Shown in pieces: positions 14,801-27,474 of a stretch of 64,000 bases of DNA; position 1 is the first letter of the stretch, and each line of letters begins with the position of its first letter. The position numbers were made by a program, and so were the translations under genes. The notes under the pieces are model-generated. The model ran no database searches. It was not told where the DNA came from and saw nothing but the letters and a program-made list of their open reading frames with translations. Source of the stretch: Eledone cirrhosa (lineage: Eukaryota); the NCBI GenBank assembly GCA_964016885.1, contig OZ024755.1:30380001-30444000 (forward strand), given 5' to 3'.

Positions 14801-16122
14801 AGGACTCCATGCAATGAAAAGGCTGAGTAGGTAGGTGAGCTGACAGATGAAGTCTAGGTACGTTGGGAAATATATAAGTAGATTCTTAGATAGATGGTTT
14901 GATGGAAAGGCGTTCGAACTGACGGATGAATTATTGGATAGATTGGTAGATGGGTGGATGGATGGATGGATGGATGGAGAAATAGTGAAATGGAGGAACG
15001 GAAATCTGAAGATAGATCTTAAGTCATGTATTTAATACATGAAATAATGAAAATATGAAATGACAAGGGGATCATTTAGGAAACAAACGAAAAGGACTAA
15101 GAATAAATTGTAGTTGAAAGTTGTGATCGAAACAATGGCATTGCGCCAAAATTTGCATTCATACAAGTCACGTGACTATATTGCTTATAGCTTTTCTGGA
15201 ATTACATCCAGGTTTTATCTCTTGCGCTTTGGTATATTATTCATCGTTGGATTTGGAGATAATTCATGGCATGTGTATGATATGCGAATCTAGTTAGCGT
15301 TTGGCTTTGCCTGGAATCTGCACCTGCGTTAGATGAATGAGATTTAGTTTGAAAAATAAGCTTGTATTTTGGTTAATATTACGTGAAGCAACCACATATA
15401 ACTCTTAGAACCAACGCTAAACAAATATTTATTAGAATATTCTTTAACAGTGTCGTGGCACTCCTCTGCCGCGTTCAGATTTGAAGAAGTCTTTAAAAAT
15501 ATATATGTGAAAACAACAGAGAAGACTTAGATCACAATTTCCATTTTGTATAAGCTGTACATACATGAGTTTGTTAAATAAAAGATAGTTTTCTCAACCA
15601 TTTATTTTCGTTCTCGAACATTCAGAAATAGAAGCCATATATATCACAATCTAGCATCATAATAAAATCTGCAAATGGAGAACCAAAATGATCTGTCCAC
15701 TTGATATCTATTTTAAATTTAACCTCAAACAACATTCCCTTATCTTCATGAGATATAAGCGGAATCTCCTACGAGAGTTAGCTGAAAGGTTCACAGGACG
15801 ATTTGGAAGGTTTCATGCTAGAGTTGTGAAATCTTGCATGCATATATTTCAATTCTTCTTTTTTTAATAACTAGTTTGTTTCTTTCCAGGGATTATGTTG
15901 AAAAATTAACCTCATTTGTTCATTCCATGAGAGTATCTTCGTCAGCCTATGAACTTTTCAGCCAGCCTACTCAAATACTTATATACATGAATTTATACAC
16001 ATGCATACATACATACACACAGGTGGCCTTCAAAAATATACTCGAAATTAAGAGAAAAACATACATACATACATACATACATACATACATACATACATAC
16101 ATACATACATACATACATACAT

Positions 16123-17353
16123 GAGCAGTTAATGTTGGAACTCGAAAAATACTGAACAACACCGGAAACTTCCACATCAACAGTGACATAAACCGCCTTT
16201 ACTTGAAACGTAAGCAGGGAGGCAGAGGCCTAACATCAGTCCAGACAACATTTGAATGTCGCATCATATCTCTCCGACAACATCTACGAACCTCGAAGCG
16301 TAGGAGCCCGCTTCTCGAGCAAGTCTATCTGCATGAAACAGATAAGATCATGAGAGTTGGGAAGGAATTCCTTGAGAGATATTCCCTGTGTGATAATAGT
16401 CTATATTGGACCAACAAACGCTATATTGGCTCCCACTTTGAAGGATACGCTTTTGCAATCCAATAACAGGAGATTAGCACGAAATACCTGATTCACAAAA
16501 GAGATAAGGATGCAGGCAAAACACCTAGATGTGATAACAAGTGCAGACTCTGCAGAATTAAGATCGAGGATATCACCCATGCCATCAGCAGCTGTCCAAA
16601 GATATCATCGCGGTACTATCTACCTATGATGTAGTGGCCAAAACACTGTACAATGCAGTTCGTAAAAAAGAGAGTCCCGATAATAAACACTTTAAAAGCT
16701 ACAACAATGTGGAAGACATCCATGTACATAATATAAAAGAGTACTGGTGGAATGTTCCAGTAAAAACCTCAATAACATGCAGGCATAACAGACCAGATAT
16801 TATGATATGGGACAGGGAAAAGAAGGCATGCACAGTAGTGGAAGTTAGCTGCCCAGCAGATGCCAATATAATATCAAAGATTAGTGAAAAGGAGAATATT
16901 TATGCAGAACTGATGAGACATCTGCTGATACTCCACCTTGATTACACCTTCAGATTTATGCCTGTGATTATTGGGGCACTGGGATATGTTAGTAACTGCC
17001 TCAATACAAATCTTGAGAAGCTAGGCTTCACAGGAACAGAAAGAACACAACTAGTTAGGAAATTACAAGTACAATCCATTAATGGAACAGTAAAAATATG
17101 TAAAACATTCCAAAGATTTTGCATCTAATAACTGCATATACACATGTACAGATACAAAGCATATACACATGCACACATACAACTCAAAACATCCACATCC
17201 ACACATACAATAACATCCATATCTACACATGCATACATACATATCTACCTAGTTGATGTTGTGTAAATTCCAATGAGAGAGTCTTGTGTCTATGTTAGAA
17301 ACCCACTCTCTCTCTATTGGTAAAACTTTGTGAAATTATAAAACCAGAAGAAG
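16123..17353 (+). mobile_element. R4/Dong-clade non-LTR retrotransposon, 3' fragment (post-RT region, CCHC knuckle, restriction-like endonuclease)
   Basis: RLYLKRKQGGRGL; EGYAFAIQ*QEI; CRLC...EDITHAISSC; HNRPDIMIWD...VEVSCP. Contains a stop, a frameshift and an apparent internal deletion. (TACA)n on both sides. Confidence 0.88.
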
Positions 17354-17406
17354 ATACATACATACATACATACATACATACATACATACATACATACATA
17401 CATACA

Positions 17407-17473
<67 letters not shown>

Positions 17474-17726
17474 TTAAATGTAATATATATATATAAAGGA
17501 TCGATCAACTTTCGTCAAATTGGGCCGAGGAAACAATGTTTCCGTCGGTCTTTCCAATTGCTAGTACTATCTATCGGTCGCAACTCCAGGTAGAAGGAGC
17601 AACGTGAAATAAAGTGTCTTGCTCAAGGACATAATGCATCGCTCGGTCCAGGAATCGAACTCACATCCTCAATATTGTGAATCCAATTCTCTAACCAATC
17701 AGCCACACGCCTTCACACACATACAC

Positions 17727-17789
<63 letters not shown>

Positions 17790-18076
17790 AGTGTTACATT
17801 ATAATCCAGTCACAGCTGCACAGCAACGTCGAGACTCTATCGACCATAAACTACGTGGTTCTATATCAAAGACTCAAGATATCGTCTACTTAATCTATCG
17901 GATCTCTTCTTATCAGCAACACTAGTTAACAAACGAATTCCACCAATCTCAACATAAACATAGCCCGTGCCACCCCACTCCAGGCAGATAAAATCTCATC
18001 TCGTGTTTATCTTTACATACTGGTGAACTCATATGTGTGAGTGTCTTTCTGTATATATATTTATATATATATATAT

Positions 18077-18270
18077 AACGAAGGAAATGTGGTAAGGAAC
18101 CAGGTGGACCCTAACGCACCAATGTACTCAATACTTAGGGTAGTAGAGTGGGTAATAGGAACGAGTAGGACCCCGACGGCTGAGCTCAAGCCGTTTCGAC
18201 GGCTAATTCTAGACTGAATTAGCCGTCGAAACGGCTTGAGCTCAGCCGTCGGGGTCCTACTCGTTCCTAT
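18077..18270. mobile_element. PLE-like pLTR family A: fold-back containing hammerhead stems II and III
   Basis: Perfect 55-bp arms (18155-18209 / 18216-18270). Contains GACGGCTAATTC(6)GAATTAGCCGTC-GAAA-CGGCT(TGAGCTC)AGCCG-TC/GGGG. The CUGANGA half is absent. Other copies: about 1-86, 38198-38366, 48078-48271, 54868-54912. Confidence 0.8.
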
Positions 18271-18336
18271 ATATTTATGGTCGATATAGTCTCGACGTTG
18301 CTGTGCAGCTGTGACTGGATCATAATGTAACACTTG

Positions 18337-18384
<48 letters not shown>

Positions 18385-18668
18385 TCTGTATGTGTGTGTG
18401 TGTGTATGTGTGTGAAGGCGTGTGGCTGATTGGTTAGAGAATTGGATTCACAATCTTGAGGTTGTGAGTTCGATTCCTGGACCGAGCGATGCATTATGTC
18501 CTTGAACAAGACACTTTATTTCATGTTGCTCCTTCTACCTGGAGTTGCGACTGATAGATAGTACTAGCAATTGGAAAGACCGACGGAAACATTGTTTCCT
18601 CGGCCCAATTTGTCGAAAGTCGATCGATCATTTATATATATATATTAAATTTAAAGGGGTGTATATAA

Positions 18669-18704
<36 letters not shown>

Positions 18705-18714
18705 TGTATGTATC

Positions 18715-19316
18715 TGTCAGGTCACCAGTTGGTGCTACTGGTAACATGTATTCCAGTACAACCTGTCTTATGGTCGGCTCGTTGGCGACTTAACTGGCAA
18801 CGCCACCAAGGTTTCTTGGTGAGGAGGGTGACTTTGGATATCCTGCAGGACTAAAAACAAAACCTGTCAAAGGGCAAAGGAGCTCTTAAGAGTCAATGGC
18901 CATCCAAAATCACCGGGGGAGATGACCCCTTAGCCTTTGTCAAGGCAGAATTCTAGGAGAAGGAAAACTCTGATATAACACCTGCAACCCTGATGGTATC
19001 CAATGACGTTGACTTTTTGGTAAATATCATCTTGGTTAAGAGAGTGGGACTAGCTTTGTGCAGTGCCTTTGCTCACTATAAAAGCTTCACGGTACAGGCA
19101 TTGCTTTATATCTGGAGATCTCTCTACCCTTGTCGTCACAAGGTACCATGGGCCTTGCACTATGTGTCAATAATTGTCACAGGTGTAGTGTTTGTACCAG
19201 AGTTTTCAAGTCGCTGGCTGGACTAAAAAGTCACACTCGTTCAGTGCATCGGTAGGGGTTCTCCTACATGGATATAAAGTAGTGGCCGTACTCGAAAACG
19301 AGTTGGCAGCCACCAT
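18715..19316 (+). mobile_element. Bipartite non-autonomous RTE-derived element of about 600 bp (5'UTR fused to 3' end)
   Basis: RTE-like 5'UTR motif CTAGGAGAAGGAAAACTCTGA. Terminal C2H2 finger CSVCTRVFKSLAGLKSHTRSVHR* (19184-19255). 3' hairpin CTCG-AAAA-CGAG. Copies at 19381-19760 (+, truncated) and 31320-31899 (-). Sister family at about 30785-31270 (-). Fragment at about 32290-32430. Confidence 0.82.
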
Positions 19317-19756
19317 ATATGTATGTATGTATGTATATGTATGTGTATGTATGTATGTATATATGTATTTATGTATGTATGAATTCTAGGAGAAGGAAAA
19401 CTCTGATATAACACCTGCAACTCTGATGGTATCCGATGATGTTGACTTGTTCTTCTTTTTGGTAAATATCATCTTGGTTAAGAGAGTGGGACTGCCTTTG
19501 TGCAGTGCCTTTGCTCACTATAAAAGCTTCACGGCACAGGCATTGCTTTATATCTGGAGATCTCTCTGCACTTGTCATCACATGGTACTATGGGCCCAGC
19601 ACTATGTGTCAATAATTGTCACAAATGTAGTGTTTGTACCAGAGTTTTCAAGTCGCTGGCTGGACTAAAAAGTCACACTTGTTCAGCGCATCGCTAGGGG
19701 TTCTCCTACATGGATATAAAGTAGTGGCCGTACTCGAAAACGAGTTGGGGCAGCCA

Positions 19757-19790
<34 letters not shown>

Positions 19791-19792
<2 letters not shown>

Positions 19793-20008
19793 AGAAGAAG
19801 TTTATGAAATGGAAATGCGGGTATAAAGAATTTATTAGGTAACAATTGTTACCTAATAAATTCTTTATACCCGCATTTCCATTTCATAAACTTCTTCTCC
19901 ATATTTTCTCCGGATTTTAAAACACACTTTATTATACGTTGAGCAATCTACGACGTCGGTTGACTCCATCCAATGCAACTACTTAGTAACATTGGAATAC
20001 AAATTTAC

Positions 20009-20012
<4 letters not shown>
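19791..20012. mobile_element. (TA)n-flanked insert (family G) with a perfect 110-bp palindrome
   Basis: 19791-19845 is the exact reverse complement of 19846-19900, with no spacer. Centre is AACAATTGTT. Confidence 0.7.
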
Positions 20013-20060
<48 letters not shown>

Positions 20061-20063
<3 letters not shown>

Positions 20064-20770
20064 CGTTTCTGAATTTGTTTGGCAAGATTCTTTATCTGAA
20101 ATCGCGTGTTGAAACCGATATTGTTATACTTTGGGAGGGTCATGTTGCCAATAAGTAACACACGCACCAGTTGCTTTCACTTCAATTTATTATATATTTA
20201 TAAATTTACAAGTTTATAAATTTATAAATTTCTGGTTGGTTGGTTGGTTCCACAACCAGATAGTTGTTTATATATAGTTATAGTCCTTTCGTCACACACT
20301 CTGTGACATCTTCAGTGATAGGGGATTCCTTTCTTTGTTTCTGTGCCTCTCCTTTGTTCTGTCCTACGCCATTTTGTTTCTGCGTGTGTGTTGTGTGCTC
20401 AGTCTGCGCATGCGCCACATCCGGGTGTCTGTGTGTGTTTATGTTCATTTATCTATTTGTTTATTTATTTACTTATTTACATGTTACTGGTTGGTTGTTT
20501 GTTCTATGTGTGTGTGTGTTTTCATTTTGTCCTTAATTGTAAGTTGTGATGTTGCTGTTCCACTCATATTTTCTATTTAATTTTGGTTGTAATTCTTTTA
20601 TGTTTATTGCCTCTGTAATTTGTCTAAACATTGCATCTTTTCTGTGTGTAGATTCTATTTTTATTTCTATGTTCTCTAATTTACCCTTGTGTTCTATCTT
20701 AGCATGTTGGTAGAGTACAGATGATTCTTTATTATCTTGAAGGTGTCGCCAGTGTTCATTTATCCGTTAT
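20061..20770 (-). mobile_element. PLE family C, second 3' fragment (end of GIY-YIG plus pLTR)
   Basis: Colinear with 27475-28100. Starts directly after a (TA)n tract. Hammerhead motif near 20274-20320. Confidence 0.88.
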
Positions 20771-21400
20771 ATATATAACTGGTGTTGTATATTGAGTCAT
20801 ACGAAATGTTTATGTAAAGAAACATTTTATAGCCTCGCTGTGAATTCCAATAATGCACGATGGAGCCAGATATTCGATAAAGTTATATATGTATATATAC
20901 AATGTAGAAGTAAATATTTAGAGAATTTTACACAGTTTTAGTATGTATGTAAAGATGCCGAATATACACCTTTCCCTGAAATTGAAAAAATGATGAATGC
21001 TTTTGATTGATTTTCCAACCTAATTGTGTCCTCAATAGAAGCTATGTATATTATCTAAACAACAAGGGCAGTGGATTGGCAGTATCGGTAGAGGGTCGGA
21101 CTCCATGCTTTCCAGCATAGAGTTGCGTCCCTTTAGGGACTGAGTTCAAATCCCGCCGAGGTTAACTGTGCCATTCATCCTTACGGGGGTCGATAAAATA
21201 AAGTACCAGTAGTGTTCTGGGATAATTGTGGCCTTGTGCCAAAAATAGAAACGCTTATCTAAACAGCCACATGGAAACATGTAATTATGGGATTTATATA
21301 CACTCTGACATAGTAGTATCCTGAAAATGGACCTCGTAATTTGCATATCTATAGATATGACCTTACAGTCCAAGTAATCTTGACTTGATAACTGATGAGC

Positions 21401-21511
21401 CTCTTACACGTGTTTCAATGTTGTTACGCAATTGCCTACGAGAACTGAAAGAATGGATTACACAATTCATTTTTTCGCATTGCTTATTTACAATAGCAGC
21501 TCTTCAGAGTG
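21401..21511 (-). ncRNA. Degraded hammerhead-like motif with long stem II (family N)
   Basis: Minus strand: CACT-CTGAAGA-(~85 nt, poorly paired)-GAAA-CACGTG-TA/AGAG. Confidence 0.45.
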
Positions 21512-22329
21512 TTCAAAATTTGAAATGAAGCTCTAGAAGATTCGATCTATCGTGGTCGTTTTTACAATTCGCCAGGCGTTATCAACAAGAAAGGCAACAT
21601 AGCGAGCGTTGTGCCACTGAGGTATTGGAAATCATGACCCATAGGGATTTGTTAAACATGAGAAAGGAGAGAATCATTAACTGCCACCATAGAGCCATAA
21701 GCACTTTGGCAAAGTGCTATCCACAATAACAGTGGATCCTATTTTCTTTCTCCACTGTCCATATTCACTGGTAATTCCAGCAACTGTACTGTTTTTCTTC
21801 TCTTTCTCTTTTACATTTTCATTTTTGTTCTCCTTCTTATCACAGCAATGAATCTCCTTTATAAATTAACTCTCGTTAACCAGAGTCGGATTTATATCTT
21901 GGGGGGTTTGGGGAACTTCAGCAAAATTATAGCAAAACTGCAGATGACATTCCATTTGCTACGCTGTGTAAGTGTATGTGTACGTGTGTGTTTGTGTAAA
22001 TGTGAGTAAATATGTGTCTGTGAGTGTGTATGTTTATAAGTGTGATTGTGTTTTGATCGTTTATATTTATATACTCATACATATGAACATACACACACGC
22101 ACGCACATATACACACACACGCACGCACATATACACATACACGTCAGGGTGTTGAAAAACATTCTAGTATCAATAAAAATCCACGGTATCCGTAACAGAC
22201 ACCAAAACTAAAACTCAAATACAATGAAACCAAGACGGTCTATGAATTTTTTTTATATGTAATCATTCCAAGAACCAAACTGAATGAATGTGAAAAGAGC
22301 GAGAGAGAGAAATAGTACACAATTACGCA

Positions 22330-22700
22330 AGAAAAATACCCTATAAACATAGCAACGAAAGACGTTACCAACGCAATCATGACTAGTAGCGACTGGAAGG
22401 CACCTAGAATTGATATAACCCAATTTCTGATTATGCTTCAAATTAATTATTATGCATGAAGATGTAGAAACATTGTTTGAGGAATTACTACAGAGACTAG
22501 AATGAACGACTATCTTGTTACTAAAAGAGAAAATAATGTTAATTTCAGGAAATAAAAACTCGTGAGAACGTTAATTTGTCAACCAAGTCACATTAAAGAG
22601 AGAATAGAAAGGTTGTCGGAAGGAAATGAAGATGTATACAACGGATAACCAAATAGTTATTGAAGACATTTAAGCATGGCTCGAAACGATTAATAAATCC
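22330..22700 (+). mobile_element. Highly decayed R4/Dong-like RT remnant
   Basis: INIATKDVTNAIMTSSDWKAPRID resembles the WKAPGxD motif upstream of RT. Confidence 0.5.
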
Positions 22701-23499
22701 TTTTCGGATACATACCAAAATCATTGATATTCGAGACAAGGACAATACAAAAAAGCAGCCCAAATACTAGTTCTGGATGTTAACCAAGCAATCAATAACT
22801 TTTATATTGGATAATTCTCTGTGCCACCTAACATGATAACGAACAAGAGGTGCTTACATTCTCTATTTTTATTTGACCGTTAATCTTCGATTAAATACTT
22901 GTTATGTCTTCCTTGTATCTTGTATTACTTTAGTTTAAAATAAGCATTTTTTTTCTACTTACGATACAATATTAGTTCGCACTTTATTTTCTGTCTCCTT
23001 TTTCAGAGGCAAGTTGGTGTTTACAGTGTTTAATATCAATAGTTCTTTATAAGCATTGGGAACAGTTATCAAGAGAATACAACATAGAGTTTCTTTGCTC
23101 TAAATTACTCTCCTTTTTTGTTTTCTAATGTTAACTTTGTAATATAGGGGAAAACATTAGCTCGGTCTATGTTCTGGTTCTTTATCCTCTAAGCCAAAAT
23201 CTCGTCGTGGTTAACTCTGCCTTCAATCCTTCTCTGGTTGATAAAATAAACTCAATCTAGAACGTTTAGTTGGCTAAATTATTTGAGCAAATAAAAAATC
23301 CCTGTCGATATTTTCCCGGCTCTTTATATTCTGAGCTTCGTTGCTAATACACTCCTGTTTAATTGCATAGGGTCTTTCTCTTGTCTTCAACAACATCGGT
23401 GGGATGGAGAATAGTGATTTTCTGTATGATCTAAACTTTTTCAATCTTTTCCAATCATGTGCTTAAAAATAAATTTTCCAGATGCAGATATATGGTCAC

Positions 23500-25000
23500 G
23501 GTTGACTGGTGGGAGCCTTGGAAATGTCCCCAGAGTCTTCAGATAAATAACAGACACTTATTCTATGGTTGCAATCTTTTGTGAAATTATGTTCATTGGA
23601 ATGTGAAAGAACACTTATAGGGGAGTACATCAAATTTTCAAGCATCAAATTGCATGATGTTATAACCAGCTTAACTGTATACAACATTTATATGTTTCAT
23701 TAGATCTTGATCTCATCGCAGCTCTTGATTACATTTGATATCTTAGTAGCATTAGTATACCTAATGAGAATGACCTAATACCAGACGAAATATCTAAGAG
23801 TTTTTATTCAAACAGTAAATTAATGCTCGCAAACAGTTCTCTGGGGTTCACAACTCAAAAATCTTACTTCCTTTACAACTGGATAATTTAATGTAACAAA
23901 CCACATTTAATCCTTGAAATATCATACATACACTAATATGTGAATCCCCGTAATATCAAAGTTGTGATAAACGTTCGCAAAGTTCCAAGATTACACATAT
24001 GCGTTTGCAATTAGTTTCTCTTAATTCCTTCTATAAAATGTCTACTGTATGTATTGAGAGAGGTCAGTCTATTATATTTAGCCTCTGCTCTAGGTTTATT
24101 ATCTCTCGTGGATACAACATATTAAACCCTCGTTTAGCTTTTTAGGTGTTTACCACTTCTAAGGAAGCTTTGAAAAGTGTCTGATGTAGTTCGATTTGAA
24201 ATATTTTGCATATATTTTTTATAACGACCGCAGATTGTTGCTAACTTTAGGCACATTGCCTTTATGTGACAAATCAATGATTTATATCGACCGATGCGTG
24301 CCTTCACTGTGCATATTTTCAAAGGTAAAGACTCTTCCTGTTTTCTCTATTTTCGTATGGACTAATCATTTCAATTCTGCTTAGAGCAGCGGCAAAATCT
24401 CGCCTATTTCCAATTACGCCATTTTGTAAATTACGGCAGAAACTTCTGTTGTAAAATGTGCAGTAAATGTTAGGATTTTTTTTATTCACATGTCCGAGTT
24501 TTTGTTACCGCTTTCTTATTTCCTCCATTCCCAATTTCAAGAAGAATAATTCATGATTGTCTATTTTACCTTCAAAGTAATTTGTACATTTAAGCTATCT
24601 AAGATCTTGCTTTTTCGACACGTTAGATATTGTAATTCTTTGGCAAGTGTATTTTACAACTTAACCCCATCAGAGGTATCCCTAATGCATATAGTTCCGA
24701 TTATTAACATACATTACTTCAATTTCCTATCTTTGACATCCATATTAGAAAGGGTTCCAATATGTCATCTTATTGATTTCTTGCCTAGTTGATTTTCAGT
24801 AAACTCTATGGAAATGCTGAGTGGATTAAATTGGATTGCTTCTGGAAATGTACCGGGCTATTTGTGTATTTGGACAGTAGATTGTTAATTCTTATTTTAT
24901 GGCTAGAGAACCTTGTGTTGCTTTCACGCTACTCTTGTACATTACAATTCCTTCCATCAACAAATGTTTGTAAACATGGAGATATTCTGCTTATCAATAG
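23500..25000 (-). mobile_element. Very old CR1-like RT remnant
   Basis: Weak residual motifs (LENLMYSP; SDGVKL..TLAKEL) in the expected order. Boundaries approximate. Confidence 0.35.
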
Positions 25001-27229
25001 TCATGCTATGATCTTCCTCGCGAGAGTGTCATTATACGGCCCTTTCTCGTTGTGGAGGGGGGTTGTCAAAAGACCACTTAATAATTGTTTCTACTTTTGG
25101 CACAAGGCCAGCAATTACTCAGTGTATTACTGGTACTTTATTTTATCGACCCCGTAAGGATGAAAGGCAAAGTTAACCTCGGCGGGATTTTAACTCAGAA
25201 TGTCAAGGACCGTAACTCAATGCTGCAAAGCATGGCGTCCGACCCTCTACCGATACTGCCAATCCACCGCCCTAAGACCACTTAATAATACCCACAAATC
25301 TAGTAAGTCTTGTTTCGCATACAGGATAAAGTGAGAAGCCCTGGTTGATGATGAGATCAAGGCCAGGTATGCTGGTAACATTACTGCCGTATTCAGAGAA
25401 TTTCCTGAACAAATTGAGGACGTCGAAATGGACTGGTGACTGTTCAGTTCAGCAGTTCCTGCTTCAGCTATTAACTGTTGCGAGAGAAAGCAGCTTCATG
25501 TAGTGCGGATTGGCGGGAAACCCCTTATGTTTCTCAAAAGTTTAAAAATACCATCCGAGCAAAGAAATAGGCTTACAAAGCATAGCTTGGAAATACGTCC
25601 TCTGTTTTGCACTCGCGGCAAAAGCAGGCCCGAAACAAACGCTACTGCAGAGACATTAAAGGCAACCATAGTTAAAACGCGGGAGGCGGTAGACGTTTGA
25701 AATTACACTGGAATCTGATTGTAGATAAGTAAATAAAATGACACGATTTTTATCTTTTCATGAAACCCTTTACTAGTACAATGGTTGCGGCTTTACACGT
25801 GTCCACACGTCACAGACGTCTATTTTTCTATCGTCATGTCTAGTCCATCTTCCCGATCCTGTTCGCTATATTAAAACCTCTGTGGAATAACCCTCGTATG
25901 CCTTGTCGTCACTGTTTTCCCTACCGGTAAAAATATTGATTTTGATGTTGAGTGCAAAGCGTAGTGATCGGAAAAGTCATCAAGAACCTGCTTAGGATGC
26001 TGGCATAGTCACACCGACAGAAAATAAAAAATAAAAACATTAATTGTTTCTACGTTAGGCACAAGGCCAGCAATTACCCAGTGTATTACTGGTACTATAT
26101 ATGAGGAAAACAATAATGAACGTAGAAACAATTATGTAAATATATTTTATCCATCTATTAAAAGAAGTAACTCAATTGTCTTTAATATATCTTAACGTCT
26201 TGATAGCATGTCATGTCCAGTAATGCACTGGGATAATTGCCTGTCTTGTGCCTAAAGTAGAAACAATTATGCAAAGATGTTTTGTTATTACGTTCTTGTT
26301 GTTTCATACTCACTTTATTAGTCTTATATTTCAAGATATTCTGAAATATAAATAGGAAGATTTGTATATTAATTTTTGGACGACCACATTTTATCGAAAT
26401 ATTTCAATCCCATGTATTATGTATATATATATTTGTTTCTACTTTTGGCACAAGGCCAACAATTATCCCAGTGTATTACTGGTACTTTATTTTATCGATC
26501 CCGTAAGGATGAAAAGCAAAGTTAACCTCGGTGGGATTTGAACTCAGAATGGCAAGGGCCGTAACTAATAAAGTTAGGTTAGGATGGCAATTACCTGCCG
26601 TGATACTGTTGTGTATGAAACTGGAAAATATTGAGTACCTTCAGTGAACACGGTTTATAAACGAGAAGAGTTACAAAATAAGGTATGAATGTGATAAAGC
26701 TGAAAACAGTAATAGACGCATAATTATGCTTTTAGGAAAAAGAGATTCGACAGCAGCTTATTGGTTTGCGTCGTAAACAGAATGCAGTCGGTTAGTATTC
26801 CATTGTTTCTTCGAGAGATTCAGGCCACTTGCTGTTTACTTAATAAGTGCTTGTCAACAGGCTTGTTATACTACCTACCTATCAGAGTTTTAATACAAAG
26901 GTTAAAGCTACAAGGATGCCAAGAAGTATTTTACAACGTGTCATGTGTCAGAAATAAGATTGACATTATGTCCTAGCTATAAATGGTTATGATCATAAGG
27001 TAAAGTGCACACACACACAGATACTATATATATATATATATACTATATACTATATATATATATATATACACTTGCAAACATATATATATATATACACATA
27101 CATATATATATATATATATACATACATATATATATAAACACACACACACATATATATATACACACACACATATATATATAAACACACACACACATATATA
27201 TATAAACACACACACACACACATATATAA

Positions 27230-27298
<69 letters not shown>

Positions 27299-27334
27299 TA
27301 TACATATATACATTTATATATACATATATACATT

Positions 27335-27372
<38 letters not shown>

Positions 27373-27474
27373 CATATAAAAACATATATATTTATATATA
27401 TATATACATATACATATACGTATATATATTTATATATATATACATATAAAAACATATATATATATATATATATA

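Noticed and set aside
18414-18490. tRNA-like sequence with A and B boxes
   Set aside because: It runs directly into a SINE body and has no convincing cloverleaf, so it is a SINE head and not a tRNA gene.
21391-21400. CTGATGA on the plus strand
   Set aside because: No stem II, GAAA or matching stem I follows on that strand.
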